Assembly (NCBI GenBank): GCA_043826135.1
Contig: JBDRQT010000040.1
Location: 993 to 64,992, forward strand
Source of the DNA: an archaeon
GTDB taxonomy: Archaea; Nanobdellota; Nanobdellia; Woesearchaeales; GW2011-AR15
Direction of reading: 5' to 3'
DNA length: 64,000 nucleotides
In this document: positions 27,393-36,605 of the stretch, piece by piece
How positions within the stretch are numbered: the stretch's first letter is position 1
Layout of the letters: each line of letters starts with the position of its first letter
The notes under the pieces: model-generated
What the model saw: only the letters and a program-made list of their open reading frames with translations
What the model was told of the DNA's origin: nothing
Database searches by the model: none
Translations under genes and position numbers: made by a program

Positions 27393-28341
27393 TAGTTGTA
27401 TCAAATTTCATCACCCTATTTGGCATATCCCCTTTCATCAGAAGGACAACTGAGCTCTCCGGCTTTTCGTCTATATATTTCAGGCCAGCTGCCTTTGCAA
27501 CCTTCTCTGCAAAATCTTTGATCTCATCATGGGTCGGCATGTTCTCTTTCTTTAGTCTCTTCATTGCATAACCCACATGCACATAACCCTTGCATTCTAC
27601 AAAATCAAATGCGCATTTTTTTATTAACTCGCCGTAAAGTTCAGGATTTTTCATATTTAGCCCTTTGGTGAGCGTCAGCCTGATAACTTTCCTGCAATTT
27701 AGTTTCTTCATGAGCTCCAATGATTTATTGAATCTCTCCCATGCATTTTTTGTGAGTGGATTTGTTTCTTCAATGAATAATTTCTCTGTCGGACCTGCCA
27801 TTGTAATATAGAACTGTGTGGGTTCATGACCTATAAGTTTTTCTATCATTTCAGGAAAAGAGCCATTAGTGACAAGGTAGACCGACATGCCTCTTGTCTT
27901 GATCTCATCAATGAGTTCAGGAAGCCGTGGATACATAGTAGGCTCTCCGGTGAGGGATATTGCAAAATGGAGTGGCTGCTGCATTTCCTTAAGCCTTATC
28001 TTATTTGCATTTTTATTGCCTTTAAATCCCATCAGAATCTTGGTATGCTCTCTTATGCAGCCATCAACAATATCTTTCGGGTCATCAATTGGCCCATCCC
28101 ACTCTTTTAAAGCTGTTGAAATGTCTCTCCAACAGTGCCAGCACCTGAAATTGCAGTGCTGCAAAGCCGGCGTCATCTGAACGCATCTCCAGGTCTGGAT
28201 TCCATAGAAAGTGTTTTTATAGCATACTCCCCTGTTTCTTAAACTGTTTTTTGTCCAGCCGCATATCTTTATAGCGGAATGGTTGCCCACAATCCTATAG
28301 CCTTGATTTTCAAGTTCGAGGCGTTTCTTTGGGGTTATCAT
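27376..28341 (-). CDS. taw1: tRNA 4-demethylwyosine synthase (Taw1/TYW1, radical SAM)
   Basis: 'GYRIVGNHSAIKICGWTKNSLRNRGVCYKNTFYGIQTWRCVQMTP' plus radical-SAM 'CNFRCWHC'. 321 aa. Confidence 0.9.
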   Translation of the reverse strand: MITPKKRLELENQGYRIVGNHSAIKICGWTKNSLRNRGVCYKNTFYGIQTWRCVQMTPALQHCNFRCWHCWRDISTALKEWDGPIDDPKDIVDGCIREHTKILMGFKGNKNANKIRLKEMQQPLHFAISLTGEPTMYPRLPELIDEIKTRGMSVYLVTNGSFPEMIEKLIGHEPTQFYITMAGPTEKLFIEETNPLTKNAWERFNKSLELMKKLNCRKVIRLTLTKGLNMKNPELYGELIKKCAFDFVECKGYVHVGYAMKRLKKENMPTHDEIKDFAEKVAKAAGLKYIDEKPESSVVLLMKGDMPNRVMKFDTTINVLN

Positions 28342-28409
28342 AGTGCACTGAAATCCCCATCCATTTAAATAAAATAGGTTTTACGGAATACAAAGTAGGA
28401 TTAACCTCA

Positions 28410-28421
28410 AATTTAAATAAT
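28410..28421 (+). promoter_or_regulatory. TATA box (TTTAAATAA) heading the 28.4-37.3 kb operon
   Basis: Centre is ~27 nt upstream of ATG 28443. No comparable box was seen before 29007, 31587 or the S-component genes. Confidence 0.45.
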
Positions 28422-28442
28422 CCAATAATAATCTTATTGCAA

Positions 28443-29003
28443 ATGGTGGCCCAAGAAGAGACAAAAAAAAAGAGATTTGATTTGAAAAAGATCAGGAACC
28501 TCCTGATAGGGCTTGTGGTTCTGCTTGCAATAATCAAGATTAACAAAACAGTCTTCTTCATTTTGGTTTTCAGTGTATTAACCTATCTTGGGAAGCAAAT
28601 CAGGGGCATGTTTGGGCTGAAGATGGTTGTTTTGGATCCACTTCATTTCTCTGCCATTATGATGGTAAGATACATCGGAGTAAAAGAAGCAATAATTTTA
28701 GTGGCTTTCAATACCTTAATTGTCGATTTTGCGACGGCTATTGCAACTGACGGCACATTTGCAAATTTTTTCCTTTTTAGTAGCTCTGCCATAATATCAG
28801 TAACTTTGCTCGGAGGTGCTGCACCTGTTGTTTTTTGCACTTTTGCAGGCCTTCTTTATTCAATTGGGTATTTCATGTATAGAAGTGTTGTCAGAACCCA
28901 GTCTCAGTTTGAGGTAGTCTCAAAAGTCACAACAAGTTTTATTTTCACCTTTTTGTATGGATCCTTTATCGGGCCCCTGTTGGGGCTACTTATGAGCGTG
29001 TAA
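28443..29003 (+). CDS. Polytopic membrane protein, unknown function (first gene of the ECF-containing operon)
   Basis: Basic N-terminus ('KKKRFDLKKIR') then 5-6 TM. The start was moved to ATG 28443. Confidence 0.5.
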   Translation: MVAQEETKKKRFDLKKIRNLLIGLVVLLAIIKINKTVFFILVFSVLTYLGKQIRGMFGLKMVVLDPLHFSAIMMVRYIGVKEAIILVAFNTLIVDFATAIATDGTFANFFLFSSSAIISVTLLGGAAPVVFCTFAGLLYSIGYFMYRSVVRTQSQFEVVSKVTTSFIFTFLYGSFIGPLLGLLMSV

Positions 29004-29006
29004 ACC

Positions 29007-29591
29007 ATGGGGAAAAAAGAAAGAATTGCAGTTGAAATTGGATTTATTATACTGAATGTCATGCTGGTCGGCATGCTTGGCTATCTCTACATTGAGGGAT
29101 ATATTGCACTAGAAGTGGTGCTTGCATCTCTATTTGCGCTGATACTTTTTGACGCATTTATGTTGTTTAATTATTATATGCATAAAAAATACAAGTCCCT
29201 TGCAAGTGAATTTGGATTTGAATTCCTTACAAGATTCATGGAACAGCCAAGGATGGAAGGAACATATAAAGGAAATTGGTTTCAGCTTCATTTCACAAGC
29301 AGGGATCATGGTGAATATTGGGGAATTCCAAGAACCTACATCAAGCTTCAGTACAAGGATTCAAAAGAATTTAGTCGGGAAAAACTTTCAATTTATACTG
29401 ATTATAAGCATAGCGGATATTTAATAAATTCCATCGAACATGTTCAGAGGACCTACAAAAATTATCTACTGATGAAAATCAGGTATTATGTCACAGATAA
29501 AACCCATTTAACTGAATTGATGGACCTACTGATTAAAATATCCAAAGAATGTGAAGTGAAGAAACACGGGAAGAAATCGAAACTGAAATAA
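29007..29591 (+). CDS. Membrane protein (2 N-terminal TM + cytoplasmic domain), unknown function
   Basis: Starts 3 nt after the previous stop. Two hydrophobic helices, then a soluble ~130-aa domain. Confidence 0.5.
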   Translation: MGKKERIAVEIGFIILNVMLVGMLGYLYIEGYIALEVVLASLFALILFDAFMLFNYYMHKKYKSLASEFGFEFLTRFMEQPRMEGTYKGNWFQLHFTSRDHGEYWGIPRTYIKLQYKDSKEFSREKLSIYTDYKHSGYLINSIEHVQRTYKNYLLMKIRYYVTDKTHLTELMDLLIKISKECEVKKHGKKSKLK

Positions 29592-29641
29592 CCTCCTGAA
29601 AAACGAAAATATTTAATAGCGATGCATTCTAAATACCTGTA

Positions 29642-31597
29642 ATGAGGAATAATAGTGTTGCGATTTTGGTAGTTTCATTTCTAGTTTGCATATTACTTCT
29701 TGAATACGGCCTCATCTATATCAGTATACCTGAGAGTAAAGAGATGACTTCTCATGTGGCAACTGTCAAGTTCTGCAACAATCACCCTCCCTCTCTTTAT
29801 GTTCCGTGCAACATAACTGCTCAAGATCTTACCTTATATACCTGCCAAATTAATGCAAGTGATGCTGACAATACTACATTAATCTTTGATTCTGTCTTTG
29901 TTCAAGGAACAACATTTTTTTGGATCAATTCCACTGGCGCCATAAATTTCACTGCCAACCAAAGTAAAGTTGGTAACTACACGATATGGATAAGCGTAAG
30001 TGATAATACTGGATGCGATAATGCAGTAGCTTCTGAACTCTTTAATCTGGAAGTTATTCATGTGAACCATGCTCCTGTGAAGATAGGTAATATACCTAAC
30101 CAAGAAGGTTATCAGGACCAGTCATTTGGTGGATTATACCTTGGTGACTATTTTTATGACCCTGATGGAGATTCAATTACATTTCAAAAAGTTAACGACA
30201 TGGAACATATAAACACTACCATAACTGGAGCGACTGTGTCATTTTCTCCTATTGGAAACTGGTATGGGACAGAACTTATTACCTTCATGGCCCTTGACCC
30301 TTACCTAGCCAATGTCACAAGCAATAACCTGAGCGTTACCATTAAAAGGAAAGATTCCGGTGCCTCCACAACCTCCAGTGGTGGTGGCGGTGGTGGCGGA
30401 TTTAGCAGCAATCTCCCGTTATGTTTGCCTGACTGGCATTGCATAGAATGGGGACCATGCGAACCTGATAACCTGATGAAAAGAGAATGCAGTGACTTAA
30501 ATAACTGCAGTACAACATACCTTAAACCGAATGTCACAAAAGAGTGTGAATATATCTCCACCTGCTATGACGGATTTAAAGGGAAAGAAGAAGAAGGCAC
30601 TGATTGCGGGGGGGTATGCCCACCATGCGGCAACTGTTATGATAGTATTTGTAATAATAATGAAGAATGTCTAACAAATGCTGCGTCTGCACCTGATTGC
30701 GGCGGACCTTGCCAGGAATGCTCTAAAATCAGGGAAAGCTGCTACGATGGGAAATGCAATAATAATGAGGATTGCATGTATGGACTTACTGATATTCCGG
30801 ATTGCGGCGGATCATGCGGTGTTTGCCCTTCACTTGAACAGACTTTGACTAATGCATTCAATTGGGGATTGTGGATTCTTGTTGGACTAAGCGTTCTTCT
30901 GACAACATATACTGTGAATAAAACCTACCCTCTCTTTATTCTTTTCTTTAAAAAGAGGAAAAAAAAGATCTATGAGGATAGATTATTGCTGGAAACAAAA
31001 ATCACTGAATCTCTTTTAGATAGCCTAGCGAAGATTGAAGCAATGCTGGACAGGGATGAAGATATTCAGAAAATAATAATACTCTTCTCTCAGCTGGTGC
31101 GAAAATACTTCAAAAGCATATTCGAGATGAAATATGAATTCACATATGAGGAGATGATCAAAGAACTTAATTCAAGAAATATCAGCGAGACCTATAAGAA
31201 AGTACTTAAGTATTTCTTCCTACGCTCGACAGAAATGGAATATTCAGGAAACAGCGTTCAGAAAGATGAAGTGCGATCCATGATATCTGAATTCAGGACT
31301 ATACTCTCCTTATCGAGCAAAGAACCTTTGCATATAGAAGATAAAACAGGCTCTCACTCAAAACTGCTTTTGCTGGACATGATGTTTTTGGAGCTGTCAA
31401 AAGCAGAATCTGCTTTGAGAAGCAAGAAGTTAAATGATGCCTTTGCTAATTATCTGTCTTTATACGAAAAATATCAAAAATTAAAAGAAAATGACAAATT
31501 AAAAGTACATGGATTCTTGACTAGACTATATGAAGAGATTAGACTGGCCAGGGAAGAGTATGATTTGGAGATACCTGTGAAAAAAGATGCAAAATAA
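29642..31597 (+). CDS. Surface protein: N-terminal anchor, cadherin/Ig-like repeats, Gly7 hinge, Cys-rich modules, TM, cytoplasmic helical tail
   Basis: 'VNHAPVKIGNIPNQ...FYDPDGDSITF'; 'SSGGGGGGGFSS'; 'CLPDWHCIEWGPCEPDNLMKRECSDLNNC'; three 'CYD(G/S)..N..E....DCGG.C..C' modules; TM 'WGLWILVGLSVLLTTYTV'. The stop overlaps the ecfA start by 11 nt. Confidence 0.6.
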   Translation: MRNNSVAILVVSFLVCILLLEYGLIYISIPESKEMTSHVATVKFCNNHPPSLYVPCNITAQDLTLYTCQINASDADNTTLIFDSVFVQGTTFFWINSTGAINFTANQSKVGNYTIWISVSDNTGCDNAVASELFNLEVIHVNHAPVKIGNIPNQEGYQDQSFGGLYLGDYFYDPDGDSITFQKVNDMEHINTTITGATVSFSPIGNWYGTELITFMALDPYLANVTSNNLSVTIKRKDSGASTTSSGGGGGGGFSSNLPLCLPDWHCIEWGPCEPDNLMKRECSDLNNCSTTYLKPNVTKECEYISTCYDGFKGKEEEGTDCGGVCPPCGNCYDSICNNNEECLTNAASAPDCGGPCQECSKIRESCYDGKCNNNEDCMYGLTDIPDCGGSCGVCPSLEQTLTNAFNWGLWILVGLSVLLTTYTVNKTYPLFILFFKKRKKKIYEDRLLLETKITESLLDSLAKIEAMLDRDEDIQKIIILFSQLVRKYFKSIFEMKYEFTYEEMIKELNSRNISETYKKVLKYFFLRSTEMEYSGNSVQKDEVRSMISEFRTILSLSSKEPLHIEDKTGSHSKLLLLDMMFLELSKAESALRSKKLNDAFANYLSLYEKYQKLKENDKLKVHGFLTRLYEEIRLAREEYDLEIPVKKDAK

Positions 31598-33224
31598 TGC
31601 CGTTGAAATTTCCAAACTCTACTATTCTTACCCAGATGAAAAAAACATATTGCATGATATAAATCTCAAAATTCAAAAAAATTCTTTTAGCGTTATTATC
31701 GGACCTTCTGGATGTGGAAAAACAACTCTTCTTATGTTGATAAGGGGATTTTTTCAGGAATATGGTGGGACATTAAAAGGAAAATTACATGTACTAGGTG
31801 AAGACATAACCAAAGCAGATGTAAGCGAACTCGGAAAAAAGATAGGAATAATATTTCAAGACCCTCAGGTGCAGCTCCATCAGTTAAGAGTAATTGACGA
31901 GGTTGCATCAGCTCCCATGTACCAAGGATTACCTTATGAAGAATGTCAGAAACGGGCAAGAAAATTGATAGACCAGATCCTAGGAAAAGAATTCTATAAT
32001 AAGTCTCCAACTGAACTTAGTGGTGGACAACAACAGAAAGTTGCGCTTGCCGCCGCACTTGCCATGGACTGTGAGATTCTTTTATTGGATGAACCTTTTT
32101 CTTTTTTGGATAGCTCAGCAGCAAAAGAAGTACTAAGTCTCCTAATTGATCTGAAAAAACAGGGAAAAACAATCATTATCGCGACTCATGGTATAGAACA
32201 TATATCCGGAATTGCGGATGAATTAATATTGATGCAAAAAGGAGAGATAATATTGCAAGGATCCCCAACGTATGTGCTCTACAACTCAAAATTTGAGGCA
32301 GTACTTGAACTTCCTCTCTCAATTAAAACTAGCAAACTAATTAATAAAAAAGCTGTGGACTGGCCTGAATTGCTCAAAGAAAAAACATTTTCAAAAATTT
32401 CACGAAAAAATCATGTGCCTTATTCGAATGAAATTATCTTATCAATGGATAAAGTTAATTTCAACTATCCTGAAACAAAAAAGGGTTTGCATAATATTAA
32501 TCTAAAATTACATAAAAACGAAATTCTTGGATTAATTGGAAGCAATGGCTCAGGAAAAACAACTTTGGCGAAATTGATATTGGGACTATTAAAACCCGTT
32601 TCTGGCAAGTTAATTCTGCACGCAAGCGATATCGCTAAATATAATACAAAAGAAAGAGCGAAGTTAATAGGCTATGTCACCCAGGATCCAATTGATATGT
32701 TCTTTGAGGAATCACTGCTAAAAGAGGTTGCATTCGGACCTAGTTGCCTGGGATATGATAATCCTGAGAAAATTGCAGGAATTACACTAGAAAAACTAAA
32801 TCTGTTTAGCTACAAAAATAAACATCCTGATTCGCTATCTGGCGGGCAAAAATCTCTGCTTGGGATAGGAGATATACTTGCAAATAATCCCGAAATATTA
32901 GTATTGGATGAACCTGAGTTTGGACTAGACCCAAGAAATTGGCATAAGATAGTTGGTATTATAAAAGATTTACAAAAACAAGGAAAAACAATAATTGTAA
33001 TAACACAGGACCTTGAAAAATCGATGTTTCTTTGTGATAGAATAGTCTTATTGCATGAATGGGAAATAATAAAGATTGGAAAGCCAAAAGAAATCTTTAC
33101 ACGTAAAGTTATAAGTAAAACTAAGTTACTGCCTTTGCCTGTATTTGAAATATTACCATATTTGCCTGAAGAGGCGCTTGATTCAGAAGATGATTTTGTT
33201 AGAGAGGTTAAAAAGATATGGTGA
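31587..33224 (+). CDS. ecfA: Fused double ABC ATPase of an ECF-type transporter (EcfA1-EcfA2 fusion)
   Basis: Two cassettes. Walker A 'GPSGCGKTT' / 'GSNGSGKTT'; Q-loops 'FQDPQ' / 'TQDPI'; signatures 'LSGGQQQKV' / 'LSGGQKSLL'; Walker B 'LLLDEP' / 'LVLDEP'; H-loop 'ATHG' in cassette 1 but 'ITQD' (Gln) in cassette 2. Confidence 0.9.
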   Translation: MQNNAVEISKLYYSYPDEKNILHDINLKIQKNSFSVIIGPSGCGKTTLLMLIRGFFQEYGGTLKGKLHVLGEDITKADVSELGKKIGIIFQDPQVQLHQLRVIDEVASAPMYQGLPYEECQKRARKLIDQILGKEFYNKSPTELSGGQQQKVALAAALAMDCEILLLDEPFSFLDSSAAKEVLSLLIDLKKQGKTIIIATHGIEHISGIADELILMQKGEIILQGSPTYVLYNSKFEAVLELPLSIKTSKLINKKAVDWPELLKEKTFSKISRKNHVPYSNEIILSMDKVNFNYPETKKGLHNINLKLHKNEILGLIGSNGSGKTTLAKLILGLLKPVSGKLILHASDIAKYNTKERAKLIGYVTQDPIDMFFEESLLKEVAFGPSCLGYDNPEKIAGITLEKLNLFSYKNKHPDSLSGGQKSLLGIGDILANNPEILVLDEPEFGLDPRNWHKIVGIIKDLQKQGKTIIVITQDLEKSMFLCDRIVLLHEWEIIKIGKPKEIFTRKVISKTKLLPLPVFEILPYLPEEALDSEDDFVREVKKIW

Positions 33225-33787
33225 AGAACTGGAATACGACCAAGCTGATTACTGTAGGTTCTTTTGGAGTTCTCAGGGTATTGATATGGCTGCCATTTAC
33301 GCTCCTTGTCTCTACAAAAGCAAATCCTTTTTTACTTTTGTTTTCCTTCCTATTTTTTTCATTTATATCAGTTCTGAGCCTTCTGATAATTAGACAATTT
33401 GGAACAATGACTATACAGACGTTTGTTGAATATTGTATTGAACTACCTTTGCCTTCTTTTGCAATTAAATTACTAGATTTTAGTATGGCATTAATAAGAT
33501 CATTTTTAGTAGATATAATCTTTCACTTCACAAAAAGCAAGGAAAAGTTAACTTCAATTATATCAGGTGGAGCAAACAGCATTATTTTATCTCTTTTTTA
33601 TTATGTTGTTTATTTTATCCTAGGTATCCCTGGAATAGAACAAGTTTCTGCAGAATTTTTCACGCCAATCGTTGTTTTAGGTTTATTGATTACTGTATTT
33701 ATTGTGGGGGCAATCGGAGGATACTTTGGTTATATTGTTTACAATAAGATAAAGAATACTGCTGTTGTGAAGAGGATACAAAGATGA
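33218..33787 (+). CDS. ECF S-component-like membrane protein, paralog 1 of 6 (MptD/Trep_Strep-like)
   Basis: 189 aa, ~6 TM. N-terminus 'MVKNWNTTKLITVGSFGVL', C-terminus 'YNKIKNTAVVKRIQR'. Overlaps the ecfA stop (ATGGTGA). Confidence 0.7.
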   Translation: MVKNWNTTKLITVGSFGVLRVLIWLPFTLLVSTKANPFLLLFSFLFFSFISVLSLLIIRQFGTMTIQTFVEYCIELPLPSFAIKLLDFSMALIRSFLVDIIFHFTKSKEKLTSIISGGANSIILSLFYYVVYFILGIPGIEQVSAEFFTPIVVLGLLITVFIVGAIGGYFGYIVYNKIKNTAVVKRIQR

Positions 33788-34350
33788 AAAAGTGGACAAC
33801 TTCACAGTTAATTACAATTGGCGCAATAGCAATATTACAATTCTTATCAAGATTGTTTCTGTACAGTCCACTACTATTAGCTACTGGAAATGTTTTTACA
33901 GCAATTATAAGTATCATGCTAGGTCCATTTTTTGCAGTACTAATAGCTCTACTAATAAAAAAACGTGGCAGTGTTTTAATTTATATGATGCTATATTATT
34001 TTATTGATTTACCATTACCAAAAATTTATCCCCACGTTGCTAATTTTATTTTATATATAGCTATTGCCATATCAACAGAATTATTTTTTTCAATAATAAA
34101 AAACAAAAAGACATTCAGTATTTTAAGCAGCGGAGTGTATAATGTGTGGGTAGGTATAATTGGATTAGTATTATATTTTTATTTTGGATTTCAGGGTCTC
34201 TTTAAAATACCTGATGAGGTATATACACCTATTGGAATTATTTTATTAACTATTCTGTTATTTTTTGTTGGATCAATATCAGGATTCTTTGCATATGTTG
34301 TATATGAAAAGATTAAAAAAACAAGTGTTGTCAAGAGGATACAAAGATGA
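33784..34350 (+). CDS. ECF S-component-like membrane protein, paralog 2 of 6
   Basis: 188 aa. 'MKKWTTSQLITIGAIAIL' ... 'YEKIKKTSVVKRIQR'. ATGA overlap on both sides. Confidence 0.7.
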   Translation: MKKWTTSQLITIGAIAILQFLSRLFLYSPLLLATGNVFTAIISIMLGPFFAVLIALLIKKRGSVLIYMMLYYFIDLPLPKIYPHVANFILYIAIAISTELFFSIIKNKKTFSILSSGVYNVWVGIIGLVLYFYFGFQGLFKIPDEVYTPIGIILLTILLFFVGSISGFFAYVVYEKIKKTSVVKRIQR

Positions 34351-34907
34351 GCAAGTGGACCTTAACTAAATTCATCGTATCCAGCGCACTTGGAGTGCTG
34401 ACTGTTGTCTTGACGCTTCCTGCCAGTGCTTTGGTAGCATTTACAGGTATACCTTTGATGGGAGGATTCATCAATTTATTCATAGACAGGGTTCTTGACA
34501 CAATAACAGCCTTAAGTGTCAATAAATTTGGCTCAGTAACACTAAAAAGGACAGTTTTAGGTATTGTTGCTATCCCGACATTGCTTTTAGGCCCGCCGGG
34601 TTTTATTGTCAAAGTCATAATATCTGCAAGCAACGGACTGATAATTGATTTTGTGTATTTATTTGTAAAAGAAAAAAAAATAGCTGCAGTCTTAAGCAAC
34701 GGTATAGGAGCTGTTGCACTAGGTTTTACATTTGTTTTTTTGGGAAGGATATTCAGAATGCCTGGTGTTGATGAAACAGCACGTGTATTTTTGTCACCAT
34801 TAATGATTCTCCTCACATTTATTGGCGGAGCAATCAGCGGTTATTTAGGATGGTTTATTTTCCAGAAGATTAAGAATACAAGTGTAATTAAGAGGATACA
34901 AAGATGA
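34347..34907 (+). CDS. ECF S-component-like membrane protein, paralog 3 of 6
   Basis: 186 aa. 'MSKWTLTKFIVSSALGVL' ... 'FQKIKNTSVIKRIQR'. ATGA overlaps. Confidence 0.7.
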   Translation: MSKWTLTKFIVSSALGVLTVVLTLPASALVAFTGIPLMGGFINLFIDRVLDTITALSVNKFGSVTLKRTVLGIVAIPTLLLGPPGFIVKVIISASNGLIIDFVYLFVKEKKIAAVLSNGIGAVALGFTFVFLGRIFRMPGVDETARVFLSPLMILLTFIGGAISGYLGWFIFQKIKNTSVIKRIQR

Positions 34908-35473
34908 AAAACTGGAAGGCAACTACATTCGTAGCAATTAGCGCAATGGCTGCGTTAACTACAATCCTTTCTTTGCCAGGAGCAATACTAGCAGGTCTTA
35001 CTGGAATTGCAATATTCTCCGGCATTGGAAATGTTTTTATGATTGGTATTATGTATCCCTTAATCCCCTTATTATTTAAAAGAGTTGGCGCACTTACTCT
35101 TTGGTCTGTTATTAGTGGAATACTAGCAATTCCCTTTCCTATAATGGGTCCTCCAGGATTATTCATTAAAGTCATATATTCTGCTCTGTGGGGGATATTA
35201 GGAGATATAACTTATTTTGTATTTAAAAAATCAGAAAAGTTATCTGCTATAGCAATAGCAACAATTCAATTGGCTCCAGGAGTTCCTATAGCGGTTTTTT
35301 TCTGGAGCATATTGGGATTGCCAGAGATAGCTGCCCAATATAGTAATTTTGGTAATTTAAGCTGGTTTTTTATTGTGTCTGGCATTATATTTGGGGCATT
35401 ATTAGGCTATTTAAGCTATTTAATTTACAAAAAGATTGAAAAAACAACAATCGTTAGAAGAATTCAAAAATGA
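34904..35473 (+). CDS. ECF S-component-like membrane protein, paralog 4 of 6
   Basis: 189 aa. 'MKNWKATTFVAISAMAAL' ... 'YKKIEKTTIVRRIQK'. ATGA overlaps. Confidence 0.7.
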   Translation: MKNWKATTFVAISAMAALTTILSLPGAILAGLTGIAIFSGIGNVFMIGIMYPLIPLLFKRVGALTLWSVISGILAIPFPIMGPPGLFIKVIYSALWGILGDITYFVFKKSEKLSAIAIATIQLAPGVPIAVFFWSILGLPEIAAQYSNFGNLSWFFIVSGIIFGALLGYLSYLIYKKIEKTTIVRRIQK

Positions 35474-36036
35474 AAAAAAAGAAATGGACAACAACCAAAT
35501 TAATGGCAATCGGAGCTATTGCGGTGCTGGAGATATTAATCGGCCTTTTGGGTGCAGGGATAACAATAACAACAGGATTTGTTGCTGCCGGCGGTTTTAT
35601 TAATGCGCTTACTGGTGCCTTCATGATTGTTTTTACAATATTGGTGATTCAGACTTTTGGGGCAGGGACCATAAAAAGCCTTATCTTGGGAATAATTGTT
35701 CTGCCGCTTCCATTAATTGTTACTCCAGGTTTTTTGCCAAAAGTTCTCATTGCGTTTATTTGCGGACTTGTTGCAGATATTACATATTATGTATTAAGAA
35801 AAAAACAGAAGCTTGCTGTATTTTTTACAGGCAGCTTAACTCAGTTATGCATGGCTCTTGGAATTTTCTATTTTGGTCACCTGTTTAAGATTCCAGGAAT
35901 GGAATTTATGAGTAAATTATTATTTTCACCGCTTGCTCTGGTTTACATTGTATTAACAGGACTTGTTGGGCTATTTGCATTAAAGATATATGAAAAGATA
36001 AAAAATACCTCTGTAATAAAAAGAATACAAAAATGA
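35470..36036 (+). CDS. ECF S-component-like membrane protein, paralog 5 of 6
   Basis: 188 aa. 'MKKKKWTTTKLMAIGAIAVL' ... 'YEKIKNTSVIKRIQK'. ATGA overlaps. Confidence 0.7.
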   Translation: MKKKKWTTTKLMAIGAIAVLEILIGLLGAGITITTGFVAAGGFINALTGAFMIVFTILVIQTFGAGTIKSLILGIIVLPLPLIVTPGFLPKVLIAFICGLVADITYYVLRKKQKLAVFFTGSLTQLCMALGIFYFGHLFKIPGMEFMSKLLFSPLALVYIVLTGLVGLFALKIYEKIKNTSVIKRIQK

Positions 36037-36605
36037 AAAACAAATGGACAAGCACAAAACTTATTGCAATAGGCTCTATAGCGGTTATTAGATTACTGGT
36101 TGATATTATTGTTTATTATTCTGCATTAACAGCAACCAGCAGTGTTTTTGGTAGTTTAACAATTTTTATTTTAGGGCCAATATTTCAAGTTTTTGTTGCT
36201 TTAGTTATCCAAAGATTCGGATCTGTTACTCTTTTTTTGACTTTAAATTTTCTAATGGAATTACCGACCCCAACTGTATTTCCGAAATTAATTCTTCTTT
36301 TCTCGACACTATTACAAGGATTAATGATCGATATAACATGGTTAATATTTAAGAAAAATAACAAATTATTTGGCCTTGTCTCAGGATTCCTGATAAATGC
36401 TTTCTGGGTATTGCTTGCGATATTACTGTATTTTAGCATTGGTTTATATGGCACAGAACACATTCCAAAGATTATGGTTACTCCTTTATGGCTTTTTATA
36501 TTAGGATTGTTCCTTTCATTGATAGGAAGCGCGTGTGGCTATGCTGCTCTTTCAGTATATAATAAAATAAAGAATACATCAGTAATCAAGAGAATCCAAA
36601 GATGA
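36033..36605 (+). CDS. ECF S-component-like membrane protein, paralog 6 of 6
   Basis: 190 aa. 'MKNKWTSTKLIAIGSIAVI' ... 'YNKIKNTSVIKRIQR'. ATGA overlap with ecfT. Confidence 0.7.
   Translation: MKNKWTSTKLIAIGSIAVIRLLVDIIVYYSALTATSSVFGSLTIFILGPIFQVFVALVIQRFGSVTLFLTLNFLMELPTPTVFPKLILLFSTLLQGLMIDITWLIFKKNNKLFGLVSGFLINAFWVLLAILLYFSIGLYGTEHIPKIMVTPLWLFILGLFLSLIGSACGYAALSVYNKIKNTSVIKRIQR

Larger units (their letters stand above)
33218..36605 (+). repeat. Six-fold tandem gene array, period ~561-573 nt
   Basis: The gene-junction motif (..AAR AGR ATH CAA ARA TGA AAA..TGG A..) recurs at 33784, 34347, 34904, 35470, 36033 and 36602. The bodies have diverged, so this is ancient duplication rather than a recent repeat. 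Confidence 0.85.

Noticed and set aside
34331-35175. Long antisense ORFs (34331..34816 and 34888..35175, minus strand) inside the S-component array, both ending '..IFVSS'
   Set aside because: These are shadow ORFs of the sense-strand membrane genes. Their similar ends simply mirror the conserved sense-strand gene junction. They have no start context of their own and a nonsensical composition.
33218-36605. Regular ~567-nt periodicity of a short conserved motif, considered as a possible CRISPR-like or other repeat array
   Set aside because: The period equals one complete ORF, and the conserved element is the gene's 3' end plus the next gene's start. The repeats are not short or identical and are not separated by unique spacers. 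No cas genes are present.
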